Origin: Nocardioides sp. PD653-B2
Lineage (GTDB): Bacteria; Actinomycetota; Actinomycetes; Propionibacteriales; Nocardioidaceae
Assembly: GCF_002117935.1 (NCBI RefSeq)
Contig: NZ_BDJE01000011.1
Location: 8,425-32,424, forward strand
Reading direction: 5' to 3'
DNA: 24,000 nt
In this document: in pieces, positions 1-8,468 of the stretch
How the letters are laid out: each line of letters begins with the position of its first letter
How positions within the stretch are numbered: position 1 is the first letter of the stretch
Notes under the pieces: model-generated
Seen by the model: only the letters and a program-made list of their open reading frames with translations
What the model was told of the DNA's origin: nothing
Databases searched by the model: none
Translations under genes and position numbers: made by a program

Positions 1-399
1 GTCGCCGGGCACGTGCGCGTCGTCCGCGAGGGGCGGACCCCGGTGGCGACCGGCGAGAACATGCACACGCTCTACGAGTTCCACACCCTGATGGCCGCCG
101 GGGGGCTGACCTACCCCGAGCCCGACGTGACCAACTGCGGCGGGATGACGATCTTCCGCAAGATCGGTGCGCTGGCCGAGGCGCACAACCTGCCGTTGAC
201 GTCGCACGGCGCCCACGACCTCACGGTCCACCTGCTGGCGGCAGCCCCGAACAGGACGTTCATGGAGTCGCACGGGTTCTCCCTCGACCGCTACCTGGCC
301 GACCCGATGGTGATCGTGGACGGCTACACCACGGCGCCGGAGCGGCCCGGGCACGGCATCGTCCTGGACTGGGACGCGCTCGAGGCGCACCGCCGGTGA
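1..399 (+). CDS. Enolase-superfamily protein (mandelate racemase/muconate lactonizing enzyme family), C-terminal part. The 5' end lies upstream of the window.
   Basis: Frame 1 is open from base 1 to TGA 397-399. The sequence GGMTIFRKIGALAEAHNLPLTSHGAHDLTVHLLAAAPNRTFMESHGF resembles the C-terminal barrel domain of MR/MLE-type acid-sugar dehydratases/cycloisomerases. GC3 is high. The stop overlaps the next start (GTGA 396-399). Confidence 0.65.
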   Translation, partial: VAGHVRVVREGRTPVATGENMHTLYEFHTLMAAGGLTYPEPDVTNCGGMTIFRKIGALAEAHNLPLTSHGAHDLTVHLLAAAPNRTFMESHGFSLDRYLADPMVIVDGYTTAPERPGHGIVLDWDALEAHRR

Positions 400-1085
400 G
401 CGGCGACCGTCCCGGCCGTCGCCTGGTCCTCTGGGACATCGACGGCACGCTGCTCTCCAACGCCGAGTCCGAGGAAGTGCTGTTCGTCGGTGCCCTGGAG
501 GCCGTGCTCGGGCCGGTCGCCGAGGTGGTGCACCCCTACCGGCACGGCAAGACCGACCTGCAGCAGGTGACCGAGTACCTCCTCGCGAACGGAGGCACGC
601 CGGAGCACGTGAGCGCCGGGAGCCGGGCGCTCATCGAGGTGTCCGAGACGCACTTCGCGACCCCGGGGGAGAGGGTGACGCTGCCCGGGGTCCCGGAGCT
701 GCTCGACGCTTTCGCGGCCCGCGGCCACGTGAACGCGCTGCTGACCGGCAACGGCCCGGAGCGGGCGCGCCTCAAGCTGCGCTCCGCCGGCCTGGACGTG
801 GTGGCGTTCGACTTCTCGTGGAGCTTCTTCGGCGCCGACAGCGTGGCGCGCCCCGACCTCGCCCGGGCGGCTGCCAAGCGGGCGGCCGAGGGTGGCCTCG
901 TGCCGGTGATCATCGGTGACACGGTGGCGGACGGCGTGGCAGCGGCCGAGGCGGGCATCGACTTCGTCGGCGTCGCGACCGGCGTGTACGACGTGCAGCA
1001 GCTCGCCGAGGTCGCGCACCTCGCGGTCGTCGACGACCTGGCCACCGGCGCGACGACAGTCCTGGACGTGATCGCCGGCCGGTGA
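396..1085 (+). CDS. HAD-superfamily hydrolase (phosphoglycolate-phosphatase-like)
   Basis: 229 aa. HAD motif I is LVLWDIDGTLL (DxDGT). A later LLTGNG and the motif IV-like IIGDTVADGVAAAEAG are also present. The GTG start overlaps the upstream stop. Confidence 0.8.
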   Translation: MSGDRPGRRLVLWDIDGTLLSNAESEEVLFVGALEAVLGPVAEVVHPYRHGKTDLQQVTEYLLANGGTPEHVSAGSRALIEVSETHFATPGERVTLPGVPELLDAFAARGHVNALLTGNGPERARLKLRSAGLDVVAFDFSWSFFGADSVARPDLARAAAKRAAEGGLVPVIIGDTVADGVAAAEAGIDFVGVATGVYDVQQLAEVAHLAVVDDLATGATTVLDVIAGR

Positions 1086-1102
1086 CCCGGGTCGAGGGTC
1101 GA

Positions 1103-1504
1103 TCAGCTGCTGGCGACCTTCTCGGCCTTCTCGGCCAGGCGTGCGCCGAACTTCTCCAGGTCGACGACGAAGCGCTCGTGCGACCCGGTGCACACGGTGT
1201 CGATCCCGTCCGTGGCGACGATGTCGAAGACGATGCGGCGGCGGTCCACCTCGGTGACGGTGGCGGTGCAGGTCACCGTCTGGCCCTTGAGGGTGGCGGC
1301 GGAGTGCGCGATGTCGATCGTGGTGCCCACGCTCGACTGGTGCTCGGGCAGGTGCGGGGCCAGGGCCTCGATCGCGGCCGCCTCGAGCAGCAGCACCAGG
1401 TCCGGGGTCGAGAAGATCTGGTAGTCGCCGCGGGTCGTGCAGTACTCCTCGGTGATGAGACGCTCGAGCGTCCCGGTGGTGCCGACGGTGATGTCCTCGA
1501 GCAT
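1103..1504 (-). CDS. Hotdog-fold thioesterase (FlK/4HBT-like acyl-CoA thioesterase)
   Basis: 133 aa. It shows the pattern YQIFSTPDLVLLLEAAAIEAL ... GTTIDIAHSAATLKGQTVTCTATVTEVDRRRIVFD, typical of small hotdog thioesterases. A purine-rich SD (GAAGGAAG) lies about 5 nt upstream of ATG 1504. Confidence 0.65.
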   Translation of the reverse strand: MLEDITVGTTGTLERLITEEYCTTRGDYQIFSTPDLVLLLEAAAIEALAPHLPEHQSSVGTTIDIAHSAATLKGQTVTCTATVTEVDRRRIVFDIVATDGIDTVCTGSHERFVVDLEKFGARLAEKAEKVASS

Positions 1505-1550
1505 GGTGCTTCCTTCGCTGGGTGGATGGTGCGGGGGTAGGGGCGGTGGT

Positions 1551-2477
1551 TCAGAGGATGGCGAGGGGGTTCACCGGCGAGCCGGTGCCTCCGGGGATCC
1601 GGAGCGGCGCCATCACGAAGAGGAACTCCCACCGGCCGACCGCGGAGCAGGCGTCGGCGAGATCCTCCAGGTTCACGTTGTCGATGAGCGGCAGGCCCAT
1701 GGCCGTGAGCGCGAGCGCGTGGATCGGGCTGTCGACGGACTCGACCGGGCTCGGCCGGCAGTCGCTGTCGCCGTCGCCGCCCAGGACCGCGGCCCCGGTG
1801 GTGTGCAGCCACTCCATGGACTCCGGCGCCAGGCCGGCGCTGAGGTCGGAGGGGTCCCACGGCCCGACCTCGGTGCGCCGGCGCCGGTGGCCGGTGCGCA
1901 CCAGCACGATGTCGCCGGGGCGTCGCTCGGTGCCCTGCGCCTCGAGCGCCGCGACGAGATCCTCGGGGCCGGCGGCCGAGCCGGGCTCGAGCCACCCGAC
2001 TCCGGCCGCACGGGGCAGGTCGACCAGGACTCCGCGGCCCACGACACCATCGCGGAGCTGGTCGACCGTGCCGAAGCGCCCGCCCCGGCTGTCGACGGTG
2101 TCGGCGGACCCGATCCCGTTGTAGAGCTGACCGCGGAAGCTGCAGTGGCACAGCGCGTCGACGTGGGTCACCGACTTGCCGTGGAAGTCCACGCCGACGA
2201 AGTCGGTGTTGACCCGCGGCTCGCCGTCGCCGACGTCGGCCTGCTGGGTCATGTAGTGCAGGGCGGGCCGGCCGTTGTCCGGCCCGCTGTGGGTGTCGAG
2301 CTCGTGGGAGAGGCTGACGGTCACCCCGGACCGCACCGACGCCGTGGCGGTGCGACGGGTCTCGTCGTCGAGGAGGTTGAGGGTGCCGCGCTGGTCGTCT
2401 GCTCCCCAGCGTCCCCAGTTGGAGACCCGGGCGAACAGCGCCTCGAACGCCCGCGGGTCCACGCTCAGGCGTTCCAT
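1551..2477 (-). CDS. Putative-cyclase family metal hydrolase (kynurenine formamidase / isatin hydrolase-like)
   Basis: I trimmed ORF 1551-2846 to ATG 2477 (MERLSVDPRAF...). The upstream 123 codons are Arg/Pro/Gly-rich read-through lying over the MaoC gene. The protein contains FHGKSVTHVDALCH, a variant of the HxGTHxDxPxH metal motif of this family. Confidence 0.7.
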   Translation of the reverse strand: MERLSVDPRAFEALFARVSNWGRWGADDQRGTLNLLDDETRRTATASVRSGVTVSLSHELDTHSGPDNGRPALHYMTQQADVGDGEPRVNTDFVGVDFHGKSVTHVDALCHCSFRGQLYNGIGSADTVDSRGGRFGTVDQLRDGVVGRGVLVDLPRAAGVGWLEPGSAAGPEDLVAALEAQGTERRPGDIVLVRTGHRRRRTEVGPWDPSDLSAGLAPESMEWLHTTGAAVLGGDGDSDCRPSPVESVDSPIHALALTAMGLPLIDNVNLEDLADACSAVGRWEFLFVMAPLRIPGGTGSPVNPLAIL

Positions 2478-2893
2478 TCCACGTCGAACATCACCAGCTC
2501 GGCCTCGCCCTCGACGACGACCTCGCCGCCGTTCTTGGAGACCGTGGTGTCGACGTACACGCGCCGGCGCGCCTCGTCCTTGCCGGTGACGACCGTCTCG
2601 ACCAAGATGTGGTCGCCGATGTGCACCGGCCCCTTGAACCGCAGGTTCTGCGAGACGTAGGCGCTGCCGACACCGAGCAGCTGGGCCAGGGTCGCGCCGA
2701 TGTAACCGCCGCACTGCATGCCGTAGGCGATCCGGCCGCCGAAGCGGGTCGAGGCGGCGAACTCCTCGTCGAGGTGCAGGGGCCCGCGGTCGCCGATCAG
2801 CCCGCCGTACATGATGACGTCGGCGTCGGTGATGGTCCGGGTCCACACCTCGCGATCTCCGATGCTGACCTGATCGACGGTGATGACCTTCAC
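2465..2893 (-). CDS. MaoC-like (R)-specific enoyl-CoA hydratase/dehydratase (hotdog fold)
   Basis: I trimmed ORF 2465-4342 to GTG 2893 ([13 protein letters not shown]...), giving 142 aa. YGGLIGDRGPLHLDEEFA matches the hydratase-2 motif [YF]-x-x-[LIV]-x-G-D-x-x-P-[LIV]-H-x5-[AS]. The start overlaps the acyl-CoA synthetase stop (GTGA 2890-2893). The 3' end overlaps the cyclase start by 13 nt. Confidence 0.8.
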   Translation of the reverse strand: MKVITVDQVSIGDREVWTRTITDADVIMYGGLIGDRGPLHLDEEFAASTRFGGRIAYGMQCGGYIGATLAQLLGVGSAYVSQNLRFKGPVHIGDHILVETVVTGKDEARRRVYVDTTVSKNGGEVVVEGEAELVMFDVEWNA

Positions 2894-4539
2894 TGGTCGG
2901 CCTCCTGGAGGACGGTTCGTAGCGAGATGCCGGCGGCCTTGCGGTCCCAGGTCGTCGGGGTGATGCCCTCGTTGCGGAGCTGGACCTTCTGCGGCTTCCC
3001 GGTGGGGGTGCGCGGCAAGGCGTCGAGGTAGCGGAGGTAGCGCGGCACCATGAAGTGGGGGAGCTCGGCCGCGAGGTGTCGGATGAGGTCGGCCTCGCCC
3101 GGCACGGCGCCGGCCTCGGGCACCACGCACAGGAGCACGTCGTCGTCGCCCTCGAACTCCGACGGGACGCCGACCGCGGCGCACTCGGCGACCCCGGGGT
3201 GGGTGAGGCCGGCGGCCTCGACCTCGAAGGAGGAGATGTTCTCGGCCCGGCGGCGGATCCGCTCCTTGACCCGGTCGACGAAGTAGACGTAGCCGTCCTC
3301 GGCGATGTAGCCGAGGTCGCCGGTGTGGAACCACAGGTTGCGCCACGTCTCGATCGTGACCTCGGGCATCCGCAGGTAGCCCTGCATCATCGTGAACGGC
3401 CGGCGCGGGCGCAGCACCATCTCGCCGGTGCGCCCCGCGGGCATCTCCGCGTCGGTGTCGGGATCGACGATGCGCAGCTCGAAGTGCTCCTCGCGCAGCC
3501 GGCCGCACGACCCGATCCGCAGCGGCTCGTCCAAGGGCTGCCAGATCGGGATCGTCACCTCGGTCATGCCCCACGTCTCGATGCCGCGGATCCCGAACCG
3601 GCGCTGGAAGTCCAGCGCGAGGTGCGCGGGGAACGGCGAGGCCATGATCCGCGTCATCGGGTTGTCGGCGTCGTCCGGCGACTCGGGCAGCTGGTAGACC
3701 ATCTCGACGAGCGGCCCGTGCAGCAGCGCCACGGTGCAGCCGTGCTCGCGCACCCGGGGCAGGAACGCCTCGACCGAGAAGCGGGTGTCCAGCACCACCC
3801 GGCCGCCGGTCATCATCGAGCCCATGATCCCGATGAACTTGCCGGCGACGTGGAACAGGGGGATGAAGCAGTAGAACGCGTCGTCGGCATGGAGCCCGGC
3901 GCCCTCGACGCCCAGCCGCGAGAACAGCCGGGTCTGCCCGTGCGGCATCATCACGCCCTTCGCGGGCCCGGTGGTGCCGGAGGTGTAGACGACCGACGCG
4001 ATGTCGTGGGGGCCGACCTGGACGCCGGGGTCGGTGTCGGGGCCGAGGAGGTCGTCGAAGTCGACCACCGTCCAGCCGGGCACCGACGGCAGGTCGCCCG
4101 AGCCGGCGGACCGGTAGACGACCACGGTCGTCAGGTGCGTGAGCGCGGCGCCGACCTCGACCAGCCGCGGCAGCAGCTGCTCCTCGACGAAGGCGATCTT
4201 GGCCTGGGAGTTCTGCATGACGTGCTCGAGCGACCGGCCGCGGTACCCGGTGTTGATCGCCACCTCCACCGCCCCGGCCAGCGAGATCCCCAGCCACGTG
4301 CAGATGGAGTCCGGAGCGTTGTCGGCCATGATCACGACACACTCGCCGCGCGCGACGCCGGAGGTCAACAGCCCGTTGGCGACCGAGCAGGCGCGGCCGT
4401 AGGCCTCGCCGTAGGTGACGGCGGCACCGTCGACGTTGCGGAAGAACTCACGACCGGCGTCGTGCGCCGCCCGGCGCCTGAGCAGGTCGGGGAGCAGGTC
4501 GTCGACGGCCGGTTCCACCGCGGGGGCCCCGGCGCTCAC
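2890..4539 (-). CDS. AMP-dependent acyl-CoA synthetase/ligase
   Basis: 549 aa. It carries the AMP-binding signature [17 protein letters not shown], then [36 protein letters not shown], and the C-terminal [10 protein letters not shown] lysine motif. Confidence 0.9.
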   Translation of the reverse strand: MSAGAPAVEPAVDDLLPDLLRRRAAHDAGREFFRNVDGAAVTYGEAYGRACSVANGLLTSGVARGECVVIMADNAPDSICTWLGISLAGAVEVAINTGYRGRSLEHVMQNSQAKIAFVEEQLLPRLVEVGAALTHLTTVVVYRSAGSGDLPSVPGWTVVDFDDLLGPDTDPGVQVGPHDIASVVYTSGTTGPAKGVMMPHGQTRLFSRLGVEGAGLHADDAFYCFIPLFHVAGKFIGIMGSMMTGGRVVLDTRFSVEAFLPRVREHGCTVALLHGPLVEMVYQLPESPDDADNPMTRIMASPFPAHLALDFQRRFGIRGIETWGMTEVTIPIWQPLDEPLRIGSCGRLREEHFELRIVDPDTDAEMPAGRTGEMVLRPRRPFTMMQGYLRMPEVTIETWRNLWFHTGDLGYIAEDGYVYFVDRVKERIRRRAENISSFEVEAAGLTHPGVAECAAVGVPSEFEGDDDVLLCVVPEAGAVPGEADLIRHLAAELPHFMVPRYLRYLDALPRTPTGKPQKVQLRNEGITPTTWDRKAAGISLRTVLQEADQ

Positions 4540-5516
4540 AGGTTGACGGCCGACATGTCGGCGTACCGATCTCCCGCGACCGCGTCGATCGGCACGATCT
4601 CCTCCAGTCGGGTGACCTGCTCGGGCGAGAGGCGCAGCGTGGTCGCCCGGGCGTTCGCCTCGAGGTTGCGCACCCGCTTGGTGCCGGGGATGGGGACGAC
4701 GTCCTCACCGCGGGCCAGCACCCAGGCCAGGGCCAGCTGGGCCAGGGTGCAGTCGAGCTCGGCGGCGATCTCGCGGCAGGCCTCGACGAGCGCCACGTTG
4801 CGGTCCAACGCATCGCCCTGGAAGCGCGGCGAGCTCCGGCGCCAGTCGTCGGCGGGCAGGTCCGCGGCGGAGGTGATGGCCCCGGTGAGCAGGCCTCGAC
4901 CGAGCGGGCCGTACGCCACGAAGCCGATGCCCAGCTCGCGGCAGACCGGGAGCACCTCGGCCTCGACGTCACGGCTCTGGAGTGAGTACTCGCTCTGGAC
5001 CGCGGTGATCGGGTGCACGGCGTGGGCGGCCCGGATCGTCTCCGGTCCGGCCTCGGAGAGTCCCAGGTGGCGTACCTTGCCGGCGGCGACCAGCTCGGCC
5101 ATCGCGCCGACGGTCTCCTCGATCGGCGTGTCCGGGTCGACGCGGTGCTGCCAGTACAGGTCGATGCGGTCCGTGCCGAGGCGTTGCAGCGACAGGTCGC
5201 AGGACTGCCGCACGTACTCCGGGCGCCCGTTGATGCCGTGGTTGCGGCCCTGGGAGTCGCGCACGAAGCCGAACTTGGTCGAGAGCACGACGCGGTCGCG
5301 TACGCCGGCCAACCCGTGCCCGACGACGGCCTCGTTCGCGAACGGGCCGTAGACGTCGGCGGTGTCGAAGAGCGTCACGCCCAGATCCACGGCACGGTGC
5401 AGCGTGGCGCGGGACTCGGCGTCGTCGAAGTCGGTGCCGTAGGTGCCTGACATCGACATGCAGCCCAGGCCGATCGCGGACACCTCGAGCCCGGCGCCGA
5501 GCGTGCGGGTCTCCAT
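4536..5516 (-). CDS. Aldo/keto reductase (NADPH-dependent oxidoreductase)
   Basis: I trimmed ORF 4536-5930 to ATG 5516 ([24 protein letters not shown]...). [12 protein letters not shown] and the later AKR-type sequence run throughout. The stop overlaps the acyl-CoA synthetase start (GTGA 4536-4539). Confidence 0.9.
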   Translation of the reverse strand: METRTLGAGLEVSAIGLGCMSMSGTYGTDFDDAESRATLHRAVDLGVTLFDTADVYGPFANEAVVGHGLAGVRDRVVLSTKFGFVRDSQGRNHGINGRPEYVRQSCDLSLQRLGTDRIDLYWQHRVDPDTPIEETVGAMAELVAAGKVRHLGLSEAGPETIRAAHAVHPITAVQSEYSLQSRDVEAEVLPVCRELGIGFVAYGPLGRGLLTGAITSAADLPADDWRRSSPRFQGDALDRNVALVEACREIAAELDCTLAQLALAWVLARGEDVVPIPGTKRVRNLEANARATTLRLSPEQVTRLEEIVPIDAVAGDRYADMSAVNL

Positions 5517-5524
5517 CGGTCCGC

Positions 5525-5848
5525 TCACTTCCCGGCCGGCTGGTCGGGGGCGGGGAACGCCGACTCGACCTCGCGCACGACCATGGAGTCGATGAAGGCT
5601 GCGGGGCGGTCGCCGATCACCTCGGCCCGCTCGTCGGTCGCGCGGTAGCGAGCCTCCTGCTCCTCCGCGCTGCCCTCGCCGGTCAGCTCCCGGACCCAGG
5701 TGAACGTGTTGGTCTCGCGGTCCACCCACGCCGTGCGCACGGGCAGCCCGTACTTCTCGTGCAGGGGCACCACGGCGCCGTGGAACAGGTCCAGCCATTC
5801 GTCCATGAGGTTCGGCTTGATCTGATAGGTCCGCAGTTGGAAGACCAC
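5525..5848 (-). CDS. NIPSNAP-family protein (dimeric alpha/beta-barrel)
   Basis: I trimmed ORF 5525-5920 to GTG 5848 ([34 protein letters not shown]...). This is the canonical NIPSNAP opening (x-LRTY-x-xKP). It is the first gene of the minus-strand operon. The longer ATG 5920 start would run through the operator-like region. Confidence 0.65.
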   Translation of the reverse strand: MVFQLRTYQIKPNLMDEWLDLFHGAVVPLHEKYGLPVRTAWVDRETNTFTWVRELTGEGSAEEQEARYRATDERAEVIGDRPAAFIDSMVVREVESAFPAPDQPAGK

Positions 5849-5908
5849 GTCTGTCTCTTCTCGTCGGGAGGGTGATCGCGGGTGGTGGCGTTGCGGCGAA
5901 CCGTACCC

Positions 5909-5960
5909 TGCATGCAACATATGCAGGCACGTTGCATGTTACGCACTTTGAGCGTAACCT
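5909..5960. promoter_or_regulatory. Operator-like TGCA-rich array in the divergent NIPSNAP/kdgK intergenic region, with a candidate kdgK promoter
   Basis: TGCATGCA palindrome at 5909-5916. 14-mer TGCAACATATGCAG at 5913-5926. TGCA tetramers start at 5913, 5922 and 5933. GCGTAACCT at 5952-5960. Candidate -35 TTGCAT (5932-5937), 17-nt spacer, -10 TAACCT (5955-5960). The 14-mer and the 9-mer recur at 8510-8532. Confidence 0.45.
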
Positions 5961-6019
5961 TCGGCTCGAAGAGGCGTCAAGGGCGCACGTCGGTCGGTCG
6001 TCGGCACAGGAGGAGAAGC

Positions 6020-6988
6020 GTGAGGTCGGTGGACCGCGTCCCCTCGTTCGTGACCGTCGGCGAGACGATGGCGGTGTTCATCCGCGATCCTGACGGACCC
6101 GCCGACCGTTACCAGCTCACTGCGGCCGGCTCCGAGAGCAACGTGGCGATCGGCCTGGCGGGGCTCGGCGTCCGGGCCCGATGGCTGTCGCGTCTGGGCC
6201 AGGACGACCTCGGACGCTTCGTCCACGACTTCGTCGCCGGCTACGGCGTCGAGGTGGAGGTGGCCTGGGACGCGACGCGGCCGACCGCGTCGTGCGTCAA
6301 GGAGGTGCAGGCCTCCGGCTCGCGCATGCGGTACTACCGCAGCACGAGTGCGGCGCGCCGGCTCGACCTGCTCGACCTCGCAGCCGTCGGTGACGCCGAC
6401 CACCTGCACCTCACCGGAGTGACGCCGGCGCTCTCGTCGGAGGACCGCGACGTCGTCCGTGCCGTGCTGGACCGACGCGAGGGGACCGGCCGCACGAGCT
6501 TCGACGTCAACTACCGCCCCCAGCTCTGGGCCGGTGCGGAGCAGGCAGCCGCGGAGCTCGTGCCGCTCGCGCAGGCTGCCGACATCGTGTTCATCGGCGA
6601 CGACGAGGCACGCTGGCTCCTCGGCACCGACGATCCCGCCGAGGTCGCCGACCTGCTGCTGCGACGTGAGGACCAGGAGCTCGTGCTCAAGGGCGGTGAG
6701 GGAGCGGCCATGCTGCTCACCCAGGACGGGGACCCGGTCGTCGAGCCCGCGCACCGCGTTGAGGTCGTCGACCTCACCGGCGCCGGTGACGCCTTCGCCG
6801 CCGGCTACCTCGCAGCACGCTTCTGGGGCTGGTCGCCCCGTGCGAGACTCCGCACGGGCCACCTGCTTGCGTCGCGGGTGATCGGGGTAGTCAGTGACAT
6901 CGGGCCACGGCTCGACGACACCGAGCTCGCCGACCTCTCCCGCACGACGGGGGAGCGCCTTCCGGAGACGATCGGAGGACGCGCATGA
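6020..6988 (+). CDS. kdgK: PfkB-family sugar kinase, most likely 2-dehydro-3-deoxygluconokinase
   Basis: I trimmed ORF 5882-6988 to GTG 6020, which is preceded by the AGGAGGAGAAG SD at 6008-6018. N-terminal [10 protein letters not shown] and the PfkB signature [14 protein letters not shown] are present. The gene sits next to a KDPG aldolase gene. The stop overlaps the iclR start (ATGA 6985-6988). Confidence 0.75.
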   Translation: MRSVDRVPSFVTVGETMAVFIRDPDGPADRYQLTAAGSESNVAIGLAGLGVRARWLSRLGQDDLGRFVHDFVAGYGVEVEVAWDATRPTASCVKEVQASGSRMRYYRSTSAARRLDLLDLAAVGDADHLHLTGVTPALSSEDRDVVRAVLDRREGTGRTSFDVNYRPQLWAGAEQAAAELVPLAQAADIVFIGDDEARWLLGTDDPAEVADLLLRREDQELVLKGGEGAAMLLTQDGDPVVEPAHRVEVVDLTGAGDAFAAGYLAARFWGWSPRARLRTGHLLASRVIGVVSDIGPRLDDTELADLSRTTGERLPETIGGRA

Positions 6989-7725
6989 GTCAGACGCTCG
7001 ACCGTGCCCTGCAGGTGCTGGAGTTCGTCGGTGAGCGGCCGCGCCGCATCGGCGACATCGCCACCCGCCTGGACGTGCACCACTCCACGGCACTGCGGTT
7101 CCTGCACACACTGCGCAAGCACGGCTTCGTGCAGGAGCTTCCCGACCACAGCTACCGGCTGGGACCCACGATGTTCCGGCTCGGCTACCAGGCGCTCGAA
7201 GGCATCGAGCTTCGATCGGTGGCGCGGCCGGCCATGGAGCGCCTCCGCGAGCTCACCGGCGAGACCGTCCACCTCGGCTCGCTCGAGGATGGCAGCGTGC
7301 TCTACGTCGAGAAGGTCGAGGCCAACCACCCGGTGCGGATGCACTCCAGGATCGGCGCCGTCGCGCGGCTGCACTGCACCGGCGTCGCCAAGGGGATCGT
7401 CGCGTTCCTGCCCCAGGCCGACCGCGACGAGCTGCTCGACGGCTACGAGCTGGTGCGGATGACCGACCACACGATCGTCGACCGAGTCGCGTTCGAGGAG
7501 GAGCTGGCGCTGAGCCGGGAGCGTGGCTACGCCCTCGACGCCGAGGAGAACGAGCCGGGCATCCACTGCATCTCGGCGCCGGTGTTCTCCGGCGAGGGGC
7601 GGGTCGTCGGCGCCTTCAGCGTGACCGCCCCGACCTCGCGCGTCGACCGTCAGACCCTGCTGGGCTTCGCCCCGGCCCTGGTCGAGGCGACCCGGGACAC
7701 CTCCCGCCAGCTGGGGTGGCAGTGA
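6985..7725 (+). CDS. IclR-family transcriptional regulator (KdgR-like by context)
   Basis: 246 aa. The N-terminal winged-HTH sequence is LDRALQVLEFVGERPRRIGDIATRLDVHHSTALRFLHTLRKHGFV. The C-terminal IclR effector domain contains LHCTGVAKGIVAF ... EENEPGIHCISAPVF. Confidence 0.9.
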   Translation: MSQTLDRALQVLEFVGERPRRIGDIATRLDVHHSTALRFLHTLRKHGFVQELPDHSYRLGPTMFRLGYQALEGIELRSVARPAMERLRELTGETVHLGSLEDGSVLYVEKVEANHPVRMHSRIGAVARLHCTGVAKGIVAFLPQADRDELLDGYELVRMTDHTIVDRVAFEEELALSRERGYALDAEENEPGIHCISAPVFSGEGRVVGAFSVTAPTSRVDRQTLLGFAPALVEATRDTSRQLGWQ

Positions 7726-8351
7726 GTACGTCGGTGCAGGCGCCCCTGCGCACGACCGCGATCCTGCGCGGCTTCGGGCCCGAGCGCTCCCGCGACCACG
7801 CCGAGGAGTGCTGGGCCGCAGGCATGGACCTCGTGGAGGTGCCGGTGCAGGGCGAGCCCGGTTGGGCCTCGCTGCAGGCGGTCGCCGAGATGGCGGGCGG
7901 GCGGCTCTTCGGGGCCGGGACCGTGCTCACGGTCGAGGACGCCCGGCGGGCGCTCGACCTGGGCGCGTCGGTGATCATCGCGCCCAACACGGACGCCGCG
8001 GTGATCGACGTGGCTGTGGCTGCCGGAGCGATCCCGATGCCCGGTGTGCTCACGCCCACCGACGTGGGCACGGCGGTCCGGCACGGGGTGCGCACGGTGA
8101 AGCTCTTCCCGGCCTCCGTGGTCGGTCCCGGCTGGATCCCGGCGCTGCGGGGCCCGTTCCCAGGCGTCGGCGTCGTGGCCGTCGGCGGGGTGAACCTCGG
8201 CAACGCCGCTGAGTACCTGCGCGCCGGCGCGGTCGGTGTCGGCTTCGGTGGCTCCGTCACGGACCTCCTGCGCTCCGCCGACCCGGCCGCCGTGGTCGAG
8301 GAGCTGCACGAGCTCGCCGACCTGAGCGCCAGCCGGCACCGCGCCAGCTGA
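7716..8351 (+). CDS. eda: 2-dehydro-3-deoxyphosphogluconate (KDPG) / 4-hydroxy-2-oxoglutarate aldolase
   Basis: 211 aa. It contains AILRG..., EVPVQGE, GAGTVLTVEDARRALDLGASVIIAPN, VKLFPAS (Schiff-base lysine context) and AVGGV. An alternative GTG start at 7722 would make a GTGA overlap with the iclR stop. Confidence 0.85.
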   Translation: MAVSTSVQAPLRTTAILRGFGPERSRDHAEECWAAGMDLVEVPVQGEPGWASLQAVAEMAGGRLFGAGTVLTVEDARRALDLGASVIIAPNTDAAVIDVAVAAGAIPMPGVLTPTDVGTAVRHGVRTVKLFPASVVGPGWIPALRGPFPGVGVVAVGGVNLGNAAEYLRAGAVGVGFGGSVTDLLRSADPAAVVEELHELADLSASRHRAS

Positions 8352-8380
8352 CCCGCCCGAGCCGGCCCCGCCCGAGCCGG
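8352..8380. repeat. Tandem direct repeat, 2 x CCCGCCCGAGCCGG with 15-nt period, immediately after the eda stop
   Basis: CCCGCCCGAGCCGG at 8352-8365 and again at 8367-8380, read directly. It is followed by GC-rich complementary arms (CCCGAG 8371-8376 / CTCGGG 8392-8397) that could form a T-tract-less terminator hairpin. Confidence 0.7.
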
Positions 8381-8468
8381 GCCGCGGGCGCCTCGGGGGG
8401 TCGAGGTCGGGCGGGGTCCGGCCGCCGGATTCGCCCGCGAATCGGACGTGCTGACGTCATGATGTCTC

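Noticed and set aside
1084-1093. The palindrome GACCCGGGTC between the convergent HAD and thioesterase genes, considered as a bidirectional terminator
   Set aside because: It is only 10 bp with no loop and no flanking T/A tracts. It cannot form a stable hairpin with a viable loop. It is more likely a chance SmaI/XmaI-like palindrome in GC-rich DNA.
1551-2846. Long N-terminal extensions in the ORF track: 1551-2846, 2465-4342, 4536-5930, 5882-6988, 9607-11919, 11481-12377, 16056-17294 and 18342-20441
   Set aside because: The extended parts overlap the upstream gene in another frame and are low-complexity and Arg-rich. They are followed by internal ATG/GTG starts that align with the family N-termini, often with an SD or a GTGA/ATGA overlap. 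I therefore trimmed the coordinates.
3055-5352. A 765-aa plus-strand ORF, the longest in the window
   Set aside because: It is antisense to the well-supported acyl-CoA synthetase and aldo/keto reductase genes. Its product is Arg/Gly/Pro/Asp-rich low-complexity sequence with no motifs. This is a typical shadow ORF produced by the lack of stop codons in very GC-rich DNA.
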